Source: Eledone cirrhosa
Lineage: Eukaryota
NCBI GenBank assembly: GCA_964016885.1
Contig: OZ024743.1
Location: 85,684,001-85,748,000, forward strand
Direction of reading: 5' to 3'
DNA length: 64,000 bases
The position numbers and the translations under genes were made by a program. This document shows positions 25,351 through 38,411 of the stretch, piece after piece. Below the pieces are notes generated by a model. That model saw only the letters and a program-made list of their open reading frames with translations. It did no database searches and was not told the origin of the DNA. Each line of letters opens with the position of its first letter. The stretch's first letter is position 1.

Positions 25351-28213
25351 ATCATCATCATCATCATCGTTTAACGTCCATCTTCCACGCTTGCATGGGT
25401 TTGGACGGGAATTTTCCCACTTGAGGCAAGATTGGTTGTCTTGCTTGTATAGGACTGTCTGGCGGGTTTTCTACAGCTGGATGCCCTTCCTAACACCAAC
25501 CACGTTTACAGTGTGGACTGGGAGGATTTTACCGTGTTACCTTCACGGCCACATTACAGCGTGGACTGTGTGTTTTTTTGTCGTGACACCTACACAACCT
25601 CATTTATTTGGGACTGGATATTGTGGTACCAACATAACTTTACATCGAAAGGGGTGGTGTGGATGGGGTAGGGGTGGTGGGGATGGGGGTAGTGGGACGG
25701 GGGTGTATTTTTGTTAAGAGGTACCTACTGACTGTAGGTTTCGCTTTGTACTTAGGCAAGGCGGGTCTTCTGTATTACTGTATAGCGCCAAAGATCTCGG
25801 TCCAGTGACATTGTCTTGGAGAGGTGAAAGTGCGTGAGGTCGCAATTTATCAAGTTGTCCCAGGTTTTTCTGGGTCTGCCTACTCCGTGGCTACCGTCTA
25901 TTTTTATCGCCCTGCAGTTTTTTATACAGCTGTCGTCTTTCATGCGCATCACGTGACCATACCAACGTAGTCTTCTCTCGAGTAAACAACATCTGATCCC
26001 TCTTATTCCTAATTTCTCCCTTAGTTCATTTATGCTTTACCGTTCACGTATATTACTATTACGCATCCAGCGGAGCATGCAAGCTTCGTTCCTCTCCAGT
26101 CTATGTATATCCTCTGCACACAATGCCCAAGTCTCACTGCCATGTAACATTACTGTTTGTATGCAGGCATCATACAGCCTGCCTTTCATTTTTAGAGAGA
26201 ACCCTTTAGCGTCCAATAGTGGTATAAGCTCTCTGAACTTTTTCCATCCCGTTCTGACTCTAGCTACTGTACTTTCAGAGCACACTCCATCACTGCTGAT
26301 TTTGTCACCCAGGTAACGGAAGGTGTCCACTATTTCTATAGAACCATCTTTGCAATGGAATGAGCTAGTATTCTGTGGGCACTTGCTGTTACTTATTGCA
26401 CCAGAGCACTGGCCGCATATAAAATCTATATTCTTAGTTAGCTTACCTGTGATCCCACTACATCTTTTATGCATCCATACTTTGCATTTTGGACATAAAA
26501 TGGAGTTTCTGCCTACTCCTTTCCTACACACTAAGCATGGCCATTTCCCAGATGGGACCAGTGCCCTATTTTCCTTCCTACAAACTAGAACTTTAGTCTT
26601 AGACAGGTTAATTTTAAGACCTTTTGATTCTAGGCCATGCTTCCATGTTTGGAATTTCATCTCTAGTTCAGCCATTGTTTCAGCTATGAGCGTTAGATCA
26701 TCTGCGTATAGGAGTTCCCATGGGCAGCCGGTCTTGAACTCCTCTGTTATAGCCTGAAGGGCAATAATAAATAGTAGGGGGCTAAGGACAGAGCCCTGAT
26801 GAACACCAACTTTTACGCTAAAATCTTCACTATATTCGTTGTTAATTCTAACCTTGCTGACTGTTTCTTTATACATGGCTTGTATAGCTCTCACAAGCCA
26901 TTCATCAACACCTAGTTTTCTAAGGGCCCACCAGATAATGGAGCGGAGCACTCTGTCAAAGGCTTTCTTCAAGTCAACAAAAGCTAAGTATAGGGGTTTA
27001 CTTTTAGCTAGGTACTTCTCCTGTAGTTGTCGTACAATGAAAAGAGCGTCTGTGGTACTTTTACCTGACACAAACCCGAACTGCATTTCATTTAGATCAA
27101 TTCGCTCTCTGATTAGTTGCGCTATTACTTTTTCTGTGACTTTCATGACCTGGTCGATTAATTTAATGCCTCTATAGTTTCCCCTATCTAGGGCATCTCC
27201 TTGTAGCAGTTAATGATGATGCTGCTCGCCAGTCCTTCGGAACGACCCCATTCTGTATGACTTGGTTTACTATCCGTGTGACCATAGTGTGTCCCACCGT
27301 TCCAGATGCTTTCAGCATTTCAGCAACTATTTCCGAAGGCCCAGCCGCCTTACCCGTCTTCATATCTTTGATTGCCTTACTTATTATACTACCTTGGCCT
27401 GACTAACACTGCTGGTCACTCTATTGGATCGATGTGGGGGAGACTGTCTTTCTCCCATTTATTCTCCTCATTTAGTAGCCTTTCATAGTGACACTTCCAA
27501 GCTACCTTCTTATCAGCGTCAGTGATGGCAAGTACACCATCATCATTAAGGACACACTTCTCCCCAACAATATCACGGTTTTCCTTGACACATTGCCTAG
27601 CAATCCTGAACACCTCCGTTTTTGGTCCTCGCGTTGTAGAACATGCTTGAACTTTCTTTCCTCTGCTTCCCTTCTTGCGAAGTACATTTGTCTCCTAGCT
27701 TCCCTCCTGGCCACTTGATAGTCTTCTCTACTTCCCCCATCCCACCATACTTTCCAAGCCTTCTTTTTGGCCTTAATTGACTCCTCCACCTTACTGTTCC
27801 ACCACCAAGTTACTCTCCTCCTGCCTATACGTCTGCTCCAGCCACAGATTTCATCTGTCGCCTTCAGCAGGTTAGCTTTCAGGAATTTCCACTGTTTCTC
27901 TATATTGTACGACCCTAATTGCTCTTCCTTACTATCAAAAGCATCAAGTAATATGCTTTTAAATTTATTACTGGCTGTGGGGGTCCTTTAGCTTCCATAT
28001 TTTTCTCCTGAGGATAGTCCTCTTCTGCTGTTGAGTACGTCTCGTCTTGATTATGAGTCTATGTTGAGGGAGGGATTTAGTGTTTACAACAGACACTCTG
28101 TCACGTCTTCTGGTAAGGATATAATCTATCTGGCTGGTGTGTTCCCCTGATCTATAGGTGATCAAGTGATTGTCTCGTTTTTTTAAGTTAATGTTACAGA
28201 TAGTTAGGTTATT
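25351..28213 (-). mobile_element. RTE LINE, 5'-truncated, several frameshifts
   Basis: RT motifs VDLKKAFD, GVHQGSVLSP, LYADD; PHD-type finger; 3' UTR and (TGA)n tail. Colinear with 48077-50960. Confidence 0.92.
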
Positions 28214-28609
28214 TCATTTTTTCATTTCATTTTACGTCCACTTTTCCCTGCTTGCAAGGGTGGGACGGGAACTGATTCTGGCTTGATTTCTACAGCTGGA
28301 TGCCCTCCCTAACACCAACCTCATTTACAGTGAGTGCTGGGTGCTAATTTATGTATATATTTACTTATGTATATGTTTGTATATGTGTATGTAATACTTG
28401 TGTGTGTTTGTATGTATGTAATGCTTGTGTGTGTATGTGTATGTATGGAATGTATAAGTATGTAATATTTATGTGTGTACTTTATGCTGATGGCGTTGTG
28501 GTAGTTTTTTTATACCAGCCGTTGAATGTCTCAGTGTGTATGTGTTGCATGTTGTTATGAAGATCAATTTCGGCTAAAACAAAGATAATATTTATTGGCA
28601 TATTTATTG

Positions 28610-29712
28610 CTGAATGGGGTCATACCAAATGACTGGCATATCAGCATTATCGTTAACTGATACAAAGACAAAGGAGATGCTCTAGATAGAGGCATTACGT
28701 TAGTTGACCAAGTCATGAAGGTCACAGAAAGAGTTATTGCATAACTAATCAGAGATCGAATTGATCTAGATGAAATGCAGTTTGGGTTTGTGCCAGGTAA
28801 AAATACCATGGATGCTCTTTTCCTTGTGCAGCAACTACAGAAGTACCTAGCTAAAAGTAAACCTCTCCTCTTAGATTTTGTTGTCTTGGAGAAAGCCTTT
28901 GAAAGAGTTCCACGCTCCATTATCTGGTGGGCCCTTAGAAAACTAGGAATAGATGAATGGCTTGTGAGAGCTGTACAAGCCATGTATGTATAAAGAAACA
29001 GTCAGCAAGATTAGAATTAACAACGAATATAGTGAAGAATTTAGCGTAAAAGTAGGTGTTGATCAAGGCTCCATCCTTAGGCTCCTCCTGTTTATTATTG
29101 CCCTTCAGGCTATAACAGAGGAGTTCAAGACTGGCTGCCAATGGGAACTTCTATATGAAGATAATCTAACTCTCATAGCTGAATCTATGGCTGAACCAGA
29201 GAAGAAATTCCAAACATGGAAGCATGGTCTAGAATCAAAGGCCTTAAAGTTAACTTGTCTAAGACTAAAGTTCTAGTATGTAGAAAGGAAAATAGGGCAC
29301 AGGTGCCCTCTGGGAAAAGGCCATGCTCAGTGTGTAGGAAAGGAATAGGTAGAAATTCCATTCTGTGCCCCAAATGCAAACTATGGGTATGTAAAAGATG
29401 TAGTGGGATCACAGGCAAGCTATCTAAGAATGTAGATTTTATATGTGGCCGATGCTCAGGTGCAATAAGTAGCAAGTGCCCACAGGATACTAAGCCCCTT
29501 CTACTACCCAGATGGTTCTATAGAAATAGTGGACTCTTTCTGTTACCTGAGTGACAAAATCAGCAGTGGTGGAGGGTGCTCTGAAAGTACAGTAGCCAAA
29601 GTTAAAACGGATGGAAAAAGTTCAGAGAGCTAATACCACTGTTGCCCACAATAGGTCTCTCTCTAAAAATGAAAGGCAGATTGTATGATGCTTATATACG
29701 AACAGCAATGTT
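28610..29712 (+). pseudogene. Decayed RTE LINE internal fragment, opposite orientation
   Basis: Same RT/PHD peptides as the other RTE copies, broken by frameshifts. Confidence 0.9.
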
Positions 29713-29744
29713 CTCCAATCTCTACAGAACCTTTCATTATTTGT

Positions 29745-30222
29745 TACCATATTTTCAATGAAAGACACTGCCTATGGTTTTCAAATAATTTTGAATATTA
29801 TCAAGAATTTGGAGTCATTTAGTAGTATATCTAAATTTCTTATTATTTATCTGGTATTTGGAGCATAACAATCTTTTCCATATTCTTCTAATAAAAGCCA
29901 CTGCCTGTGGTTTTCAAATAATTTTGAAAATTATCAAGAATTTGGAGGGTTAATTTTGTTAAGCTGGTGTTTGGAACATAACAAAGGCTCTAACATAAAA
30001 TTATGATCAAAGATTTTTAGATAAATACAAGCATTTGAGAATAAACAGTTTTGTATTATAGAACCAGAGACACATTCAGGCAGTTTGGTATCAAAAGAGT
30101 TAAAGATTCTGAGATAAAAATATGATGGCAGGATTTTAGATAAATATAAACATTTTAAAACAAACTGTTTTGTATCATAGAACAGGGAGCAGTTTGGCAT
30201 CATTTGGTATGAAAAGGGTTAA
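29745..30222. repeat. AT-rich repeat family with ...aaagggTTAA ends (possible piggyBac-type MITE remnants)
   Basis: ttttgtat.atagaac.ag...gtttggtat.aaaag.gttaa recurs here, at about 230-286 and at 8600-9030 in both orientations. Confidence 0.45.
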
Positions 30223-30514
30223 CATTCCATGCTCAAATGTTCCCAGCACCATGTGGCAGCACCACACTACATTTGCACACTTCATGGAAGGAAAAACTAT
30301 GTGTTTTTGTTATTGTTGATTAGTCACATGTCAATCATGATTGAGCAGACCTATGACTAAAGATGTTCCAGTCATGACCACCCTATTTTTTCAGACTATT
30401 TCCCTATTATGAAATGTGCGGTTCCAATTTTTAAATTGGTAGGGTGGTTTGAGGGAGATTTGACTGCAATTTCTAGCATGTGATGCAGCTATATAGAGGC
30501 TACCTCTTTGTTTT

Positions 30515-30875
30515 GTATATTACCCCACTGATAGATGTCCCTGTTACTCCCTGTCTATAGATTACCCCACTGGTGGATGTCCCTGTTAGTCCCTGTCTAT
30601 ATATTACCCCACTGGTGGTTGTCCCTGTTACACCCCTCTATATATTACCCCACTGGTGGTTGTCCCTGTTACCTCTGCTGTCTATCTATTACAGCACTTG
30701 TGGTTGTCCTTGTCTATATATTACCCCACTGGTGTTGGACTTTGTTACCCCTCTCTATATATTATTCAGCAGGTGTTTGTCCCTATTATTCCTCTCTATA
30801 CATAACCTCACTGATGGTTGACCCTGTTACCGCTATCTATATATATTACCTCACTGATAGTTGTCCTATTTCCCT
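30515..30875 (+). repeat. ~39-bp minisatellite
   Basis: About nine diverged units of tatattaccccactggtggttgtccctgttacccct. Confidence 0.85.
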
Positions 30876-30906
30876 TGTTTATATGACCCCTTCTTTTCTA
30901 TTGCAG

Positions 30907-31051
30907 GTATTATCTAAGCTATACATGAGCAATGCTCAGATGGTTTGGAATGGAACATTTGTGGAAGGAATGACCGAAATTATGAAGTTTATAGAACACT
31001 TACCTTCAACAGAGACCTCAGTCGAAACATTTGATTGTCATCCACTGGCTG
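30907..31051 (+). CDS. NXT1: NTF2-related export protein (NXT1/2, p15), internal exon
   Basis: ttttctattgcag| acceptor. Encodes VLSKLYMSNAQMVWNGTFVEG...LPSTETSVETFDCHPLA, matching the NXT pattern LSRLY...LVWNG...LPSS...DCQP. Donor G|gtatgt, phase 1. Confidence 0.88.
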
Positions 31052-31719
31052 GTATGTATGCACATATATACACAACATGCCTTACATTACTATATATATA
31101 TATATATATCATCATCATCATTTAACGTCTATCTTCCACGCTAGCATGGGTTAGCTTGGAATTGTCCAACTTGAGGCAAAATTGATCGGGTGACTGCATC
31201 TCGCTTGTATAGGACAGTATCTGGCAGGTTTTCTACGGCTGGATGCCGTTCCTAACACCAACCACATTTACTGTGTGGACTGGGAGCCTTTTTACCTTGT
31301 CTCCTACACAATCACTTTACAGCGTGGACTGTGTTTTTTGTTGTGACACCTACACAACCTCTTTAGCTTGGACTGGATGTTGTGGTACCAACTTAACTTT
31401 ACAGAGAAAGGGTGGTGTTGGTGGGAGTGGGAGGATGTAGTAGGGGTAGTGGGTTGGGGTGCATATTTGGTTACGAGGTGCCTACTGACTAGGTTAACTT
31501 TGTGCGTGGTGCCAAAGGTCTCATATATATATATCATGAAATATATAGATGGAAAAATTCGATTTTAAATCATTTTTAATTCCTTATACATGTTTCAAGA
31601 GCTTATTTTTCCTTTTGCCATATATGGAAGCTAGGAAAAGATTCAACAAGAGAAACTTCTGTTTTACAGCTTCCCTTCATTTCTATTTTCCTTTTCTTTT
31701 TCCTCTTTTTATACATAAT

Positions 31720-34410
31720 CTGCCTAGACAAACACTACTGGAATTTCAAAAAGAATACTGGACCAGAAACACATATAGTAATCTATTCGACATTACTATG
31801 GGCTCAAGTGATTCTGCCCAAATTACCGATCTTGTGGGCCTCTTTCTTCTATTTAACATAAATGCTTCTTTTCCCCACCTTAAAGGTGGTTTATATCGTG
31901 ACGACTGTCTTCTTCTTTCCAATAACCTTAGCCTATCGGAAATTGAAAAAAATAAAAAACTTATTAGAACTTTCCTCAAAGACTATTATAGTCTAGATAT
32001 TACATTTGAAAACACAAGTAAAGTAGTTAATTTCCTTGATATAACATTAGACTTATCTACGGGTATCTACCAACCTTACCATAAACCTAACCAAAACTTA
32101 CATTACATACACTCACAATCTAATCACCCTAAATCTATCCTTAAAAACCTAGCATATAATATCTCACTCAGAATTTCTAACCTTTCGTCTAACCAGGTTG
32201 TATTTGATAAAAATGTGACTTTTTATAACGAAGCTTTAGCTAGAAGTGGCCACAAAAACAAATTAGTATATATACCTTGTACCAATAACACTACAAACAT
32301 ACAACCAAATATCACCAACAAACACCAAATGAAATATACACACCTAAATGCCACTCACACTATACCCAAAAATACCAACATAAAACTTAATTTCTCTAAC
32401 TCTTCTAATATACAATATAGTAACTTTCAAAAAACTATTCATCCTAATACTCCAATATATGTTAATAATAAAATTCCTAATAAACAGGCTAAAACACCTA
32501 AATCAATGAATCTAACTAAAAATATGTGTGATGAAATCATTAACAATAATTCTCTTAATAAACATCAGGATACATCCTATACAAATAAAAATAATAAACA
32601 ACATCGAAACCGTAATAGACGAGTTACTTGGTATAATGCTCCATTTAATCTACAAATTAAAGATAATATACCTAAAAAATTTTTTACTATCCTAGAGAAA
32701 AACTTCCCGCCAAACCACAAATACCATCAAATTTTAAATAGATCAACGGTTAAATTCTCCTACTCAACAACCAAAAATATACAACAAAATATAAGTGCCT
32801 ATAATGCATATAAATGTAAAAAAAACATGAATATACCACCAACACATCAAACTAACCATAATACTAAAATAAACCACAGCAAACCACCATCTCATTCACA
32901 TACAACAAGTCGTAAAAAATCCACACCTTATTTGACTATCTCCTCTGATACAGCATTCACGAAAGGTTGTAACTGTAGAAACAAAGCAAATTGCCCATTA
33001 AAAAGAAATTGCCTTATTAATAACATAGTATATAAATGTAAAGTTAACACTAAGGACTCAACTTATTCATATATAGGAGCTACTTCTAACCAATTTAAAG
33101 TAAGATTTAATACCCACAAACACAGTTTTAAAAATGCCGCATTAGCTAATACAACATCTTTAGCTGAAATAATTAATAATTATAGAAAGAGGAATATAGA
33201 TTATAACCTGACCTGGAGTGTGCTCAAAAGGGCCACCCCTTATCAAAATAATAGATATGAATGTAGATTATGTTCCCAGGAACTTTTTGAAATAATGAAA
33301 TCTAAGGATATCCTATTAAATAAACGACAGGAGTTAATTATATCATGTAATCATAAACTGAGAAGAACTTTTAAATATTATAAACCTAATTAATATACAT
33401 TTTAGAAATTATTATAATAACACTTTTTTTAAATTAGTTAACCTATAATTAATATTCTACTACTAATGAACTGCATAATATTATTTCCCTTTTACAGCTA
33501 TCTTTTCCTAAAATTTATACCAATAAGTATACATATAAACTATTTTAATTTCAGATTATGATTCTATGTTCCTTATAATCTATATAAATTTGTTATTTCT
33601 CACTAATAAATTTACCCCCCCCCCCCCCCAAATAATAATAATAATTATTATTTTTTTATTTTCCCTTCGTTTTTAACAGCACTCTTCAATTACATCTAAC
33701 TCTTATTTATCATATCTATATGAATTAATATAAATTTATCAATATAAATATACCTATTAATTTAATTAATTTATTTTCTTTATAGATGTAAATTCCTTAT
33801 GTTTTAAATAAGATTGATATTTTTCACTAACACATTTACCGTAAAATTTTACTCCTTAGATATTTACATTGGCATTATTCTTTTATAACATCAATTTGTC
33901 GTGTACCTTTTACCGACCTGACCTATTTTCATCCCTAAAATATTCTTTTCATTCATCATACTCTTTCCATTCAAAACTGAAATCTGCCTTCCTCTACCCC
34001 TAAATTAAAGTTCTATTACTACTATTCTACCATCTTGACCACTTACTACCTTTCTATTGGTCAATTCAAAACCTGTTCCCAAACAGACCTATTATATTAA
34101 ATCTTTGTTGTTTTTTTTCAATAAACAAATATCATTATTTCTGAAGACAGCATATATATGTGTAGGTATGTATATTCCCTCTGATAGTTTGTAAACATTT
34201 TACATAGATCTGTATGATATACATACCAACACAAACACATATATATCCTAGAAACGATCGTAAAATGATGAATCTTTTAATATAAGGAACTGTTTCTTTG
34301 TTTTTATTCATTATTTTTATTAATTTATCTTGACTCTGTTTTCCTGTATTTTTCATCGGAAAAAAAATTTTTGAATACATCTCTTTTCATGATATTCGGA
34401 TTACATTGAG
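31720..34410 (+). mobile_element. Penelope-like element (Naiad-type), 5'-truncated, open RT-C/GIY-YIG frame to 33393 plus 3' pseudo-LTR
   Basis: FDITMGSSDSAQITDLVG, GLYRDD, WYNAPF, CNCR..CPL..CL..IVY..YIG, CRLC..E, LNKR.E..C.H. HHR in the 3' region. The first ~60 aa of the listed ORF are probably non-coding. Confidence 0.9.
34132..34271 (+). ncRNA. Type I hammerhead ribozyme with ~100-nt stem II
   Basis: tcattattt CTGAAGA [atatatatgtgt/acacatatatat and ggtatgtatat/atatacatacc pairings] GAAAC gatc GTA^ aaatgatga. Confidence 0.78.
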
Positions 34411-34417
34411 TATATAT

Positions 34418-37218
34418 ATATTTATTAAAATAACAGATTAAAGTTTAAGCAAAGAATCGCTGCTTTCACCCTTAACGGGATCTTCTGAAACTAACAAAGT
34501 CAATCTGTAAACGCAGAACTGGATATTTCAAAAAACGTTGCAACCGGAGGAAGACAGGAAGATGATACTTTGGTTCGTGGTAACGTTCGCTGGCAAAGAA
34601 CGGGAAAAAACGAATAATACGTCATTAATAGGAGCGGTGAAAAACAATTACGCGCAAAGACAGAACCACATTTATGGTATAAAAGAGGTCGAAGACTAAT
34701 GTTCTCTTAGGTGGTGCATAGAGACGTTCTCTGGCAATGAACGAAAAAACGAAGATAATAAGTCATATGTGGAGCGTGGAGAACAATAGCACGCAAAGAC
34801 AAAACCACGTAAATGGTATAGCAGAAGTCATAGACTAAAATTCTAACTAGAAGACCAAATGAATCTCCGCTATTAAGAACAAAGTAAATAAATACAATAC
34901 AGAAGTAATAGAAACAAATAAATACATACACGCAAACAGATACGTACATACACAAGCATACACAAAACCTTACTATAGGTATACAAAACCACGCACATAT
35001 AAATATGTGTGTATGTGTGTGTATGCTTGTGTACAAATAAATAAATAATTATATAAACGTATATAAGTAAATAAATACGTATATAATAAGCGCACACGCA
35101 TACCTACATATAAATACACGAATGTTCGGAGACGTAAGTCAACTAAAACAAGAAGTACACATATACACACACCCACCATACGTACGAACCTGCATACTCA
35201 CGCAGACACAAAACTCCCGTATACACATAGCCAAACCCTAAATACCAGAATATGTAAAAATTATACGCCATGACAGTCAAATATACGTACGAGAAGGTAT
35301 ACATACCTTCACAAAACTTACGGGTAATATATACTTACCTATGCAAATAAGTAAAGGAATAAACAATGAAGCTCTTGCTCGAAGTGGATTTGTCGATAAG
35401 GTAGCATATACAGAGTACGAAAATAGACCTAGAAGAAATAGATCCCGTCGCATTTGTTGGTTTAACCCACCATATAATATGGAGGTGGCCACACCATTAG
35501 CTAAGATCTTTCTTTCCCTTATTACGAAGCATTTTCCCCCTACACATATAGTAAAATTTTTAATAGAAATACTATTAAAATTTCTTACTCTACGACTCCT
35601 AACCTTGCACATAACATCACAGCTTCAAATTTAGCTAAACTACCTAGCCGTAGGAACACGTGCAACCCTGTAGTTAGTACGAACTGTAATTGTAGGAATC
35701 GGGCTGATTGCCCCCTATCCAGGAAATGCCTCTCTAGTAACATTGTCTACAAATGTAAGGTTGTAACGCCCACGTCCCGTAGGGCCTACATAGGGTTAAC
35801 CGCCAATAGTTTCAAGCAGCGTCTTTACATGCATACCCATTCTTTTCGTTACCCTCTAAGAAGGAATATGACGTCACTTTCAGCTTATATCTGGAGTCTA
35901 AAAGACAACCACACCCAATATAAGTTACACTGGGAGATCCTAGCTAGGGCTAGATCGTATAACGGAAATAAAAGACCATGTGACCTCTGCGCCGCTGAGG
36001 CCCTGGAAATACACTACGCCACAGACCACATCTTAAACAAAAAATCTGAGGCAATTTCGGCTTGTAAACATAAATTGCACAAAACTTTCCTGTATTACAG
36101 CCCCACGTTATACCCTAACGGATAGCACGATCTATACGTGGATATTTTACGTCTTGATGTGGGAGCTAAGTATATGTTTTGTTTATTCCTTTACTTATTT
36201 GCATAGGTAAGTATATATTACCCGTAAGTTTTGTGAAGGTATGTATACCTTCTCGTACGTATATTTGACTGTTATGGCGTATAATTTTTACATATTCTGG
36301 TATTTAGGATTTGGCTATGTGTATACGGGAGTTTTGCGTCTGCGTGAGTATGCAGGTTCGTACGTATGGTGGGTGTGTGTATATGTGTACTTCTTGTTTT
36401 AGTTGACTTACGTCTCCGAACATTCGTGTATTTATATGTAGGTATGCGTGTGCGCTTATTATATACGTATTTATTTACTTATATATGTTTATATAATTAT
36501 TTATTTATTTGTACACAAGCATACACACACACACACATATTTATATGTGCGTGGTTTTGTATACCTATGGTAAGGTTTTGCGTATGTTTGTGTATGTACG
36601 TATCTGTTTGCGTGTATGTATTTATTTGTTTCTATTACTTCTGTATTGTATTTATTTACTTTGTTCTTAACTCTGTAGCGGAGATTCATTTGGTCTCCTA
36701 GTTAGAATTTTAGTCTACGACTTCTGCTATACTATTAACGTGGTTTTGTCTTTGCGTGCTATTGTTCTCCACGCTCCACATATGACGTATTATCTTCGTT
36801 TTTTTCGTTCATTGCCAGAGAACGTCTCTATGCACCACCTAAGAGAACATTAGTCTTCGACCTCTTTTATACCATAAACGTGGTTCTGTCTTTGCGCGAA
36901 TTGTTTTTCACCGCTCCTATTAATGACGTATTATTCGTTTTTTCCCGTTCTTTGCCAGCGAACGTTACCACGAACCAAAGTATCGTCTTCCTGTCTTCCT
37001 CTGGTTGCAACGTTTTTTGAAATATCCAGTTCTGCGTTTACAGATTGACTTTGTTAGTTTCAGAAGATCCCGTTAAGGGTGAAAGCAGCGATTCTTTGCT
37101 TAAACTTTAATCTGTTATTTTAATAAATATTTGCTCTACGGTTCTTATATATTTGATATATATTTTCCTTATCGAGCCCTCTTTGGATTTTAGTCTTCAA
37201 TTTTATTATTATTACTAT
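34418..37218 (+). mobile_element. Truncated PLE with ~950-bp inverted pseudo-LTRs
   Basis: 34418-35366 is the reverse complement of 36179-37130. Between them is a GIY-YIG C-terminal fragment (CWFNPPY, CNCR..CPL, YIG, CDLC..E). Unpaired 3' tail at 37131-37218; (TA)n on both flanks. Confidence 0.9.
37041..37114 (+). ncRNA. Variant type I hammerhead (A at position 4, CUU triplet); mirror copy at 34434-34507 (-)
   Basis: cagattga[ctttgtt]agttt CAGAAGA t-ccc gttaa ggg-t GAAA gca..tg CTT^ aaact ttaatctg. Confidence 0.6.
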
Positions 37219-38088
37219 ATATATATATATATATATATATACATACACATACACATACATACACACACTACTTAGATAATGTGTATATATACCATTATAT
37301 CCACTTCCATACACCTCCCATGCCCCAACACCCACCAACCACTTCGGTTCACACCACCCTTACACTGTAAAGTTGTCATGTTGGTATCACAACAAAAAGC
37401 ACCCAGCCCACACAGTAAATGTGGTTGGAGTTAGGAAGGGCAACCAGCTGTAGAAACCAAGCCAGAAACAGTTCTGTATGAGCAAGACACAGTTTCCTGA
37501 CTCAACTTGCCTCAAACGAAACAACTTGTATAACCCATGCTAGCATGGAAAATGGACGTTAAATGATACACACATGGGTTGATATGTACACTATCTGATA
37601 TTACTATAAATACACTGAATTCTTCTTCCTCCTCCTCTTACATTGAGTTTAAATCCCAATGAGGTCAACTTAGAGTGTTGATAAAATAATGCACTGGGGT
37701 TAGTTTAATCGATTTTTTCCCCCTCCCTTCAAATAGCTGGCCGTGTGCCAAAATGTTGAAACAATTGTTATTATTACTTGTTTTGCCTTTCATCCTTACA
37801 GGGTCGATAAAATAAAGCACCGGTAATGCACTGGGGTAATTGTTGGCCTTGTGCCAAAAATAGAAACATTATTGTTTGTTTACTGAGGTGAAAGCCATGT
37901 TTCTTCTCAGTTTCTGTAAGTTTTTCCAAAACCTTGAATTTTTTGTTGTTTTAATATTTTTTTTCAAGGTTTTAAACTTGACAGAAACATAGAGAAACCA
38001 CACCTGCTAATTGCAGGTGTGGTTCTCAGCTCCAGAACACCACCCCAAAATTCTGAAAATCAACATTCACATCATCTGTAAAAACATA

Positions 38089-38411
38089 CCGTATTTTCCA
38101 GCATCGAAGATGCTATTTCTTCCCTAAAATAAGCCTAAAAAATCTACCATGCATCCTAGAGGGCAAAGGTTGTCATAGGCACATCCTAATCCCAGAAGAA
38201 AATTCTCTATGCTAGACAGTAATCTGAATGCTGGTATATGATCTATCAATGAAGTGTATAAATTAAAATTAGTTAAAGTAGTAAATAAACAAAATATAAA
38301 AAATTAGGTAGCAAGACCTGAAGTGTCCGGACTTTATTTTTATGTTTATTATTGTTTTTTAAATGTTCTGATGTCAAAATTGGGGTGTGTCTACAATGAC
38401 TGGAAATACAG
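38089..38411. mobile_element. Tc1/mariner-superfamily (Tc2/pogo-like) MITE
   Basis: TA|CCGTATTTTCCAG ... CTGGAAATACAG|TA: imperfect TIRs with TA duplication. Confidence 0.55.

Noticed and set aside
28485-28535. ctgatgg...tggta/tacca...gaatgtc hammerhead-like string
   Set aside because: Core is defective at A9 and GAAA, and there is no stem I pairing.
30535-31125. 196-aa ORF as a whole gene
   Set aside because: The 5' two-thirds is minisatellite; only 30907-31051 is a real NXT exon.
22952-36125. Selenocysteine (in-frame TGA) in the Naiad-type ORFs
   Set aside because: Conserved Cys positions I checked are normal Cys codons; no in-frame TGA pattern seen.
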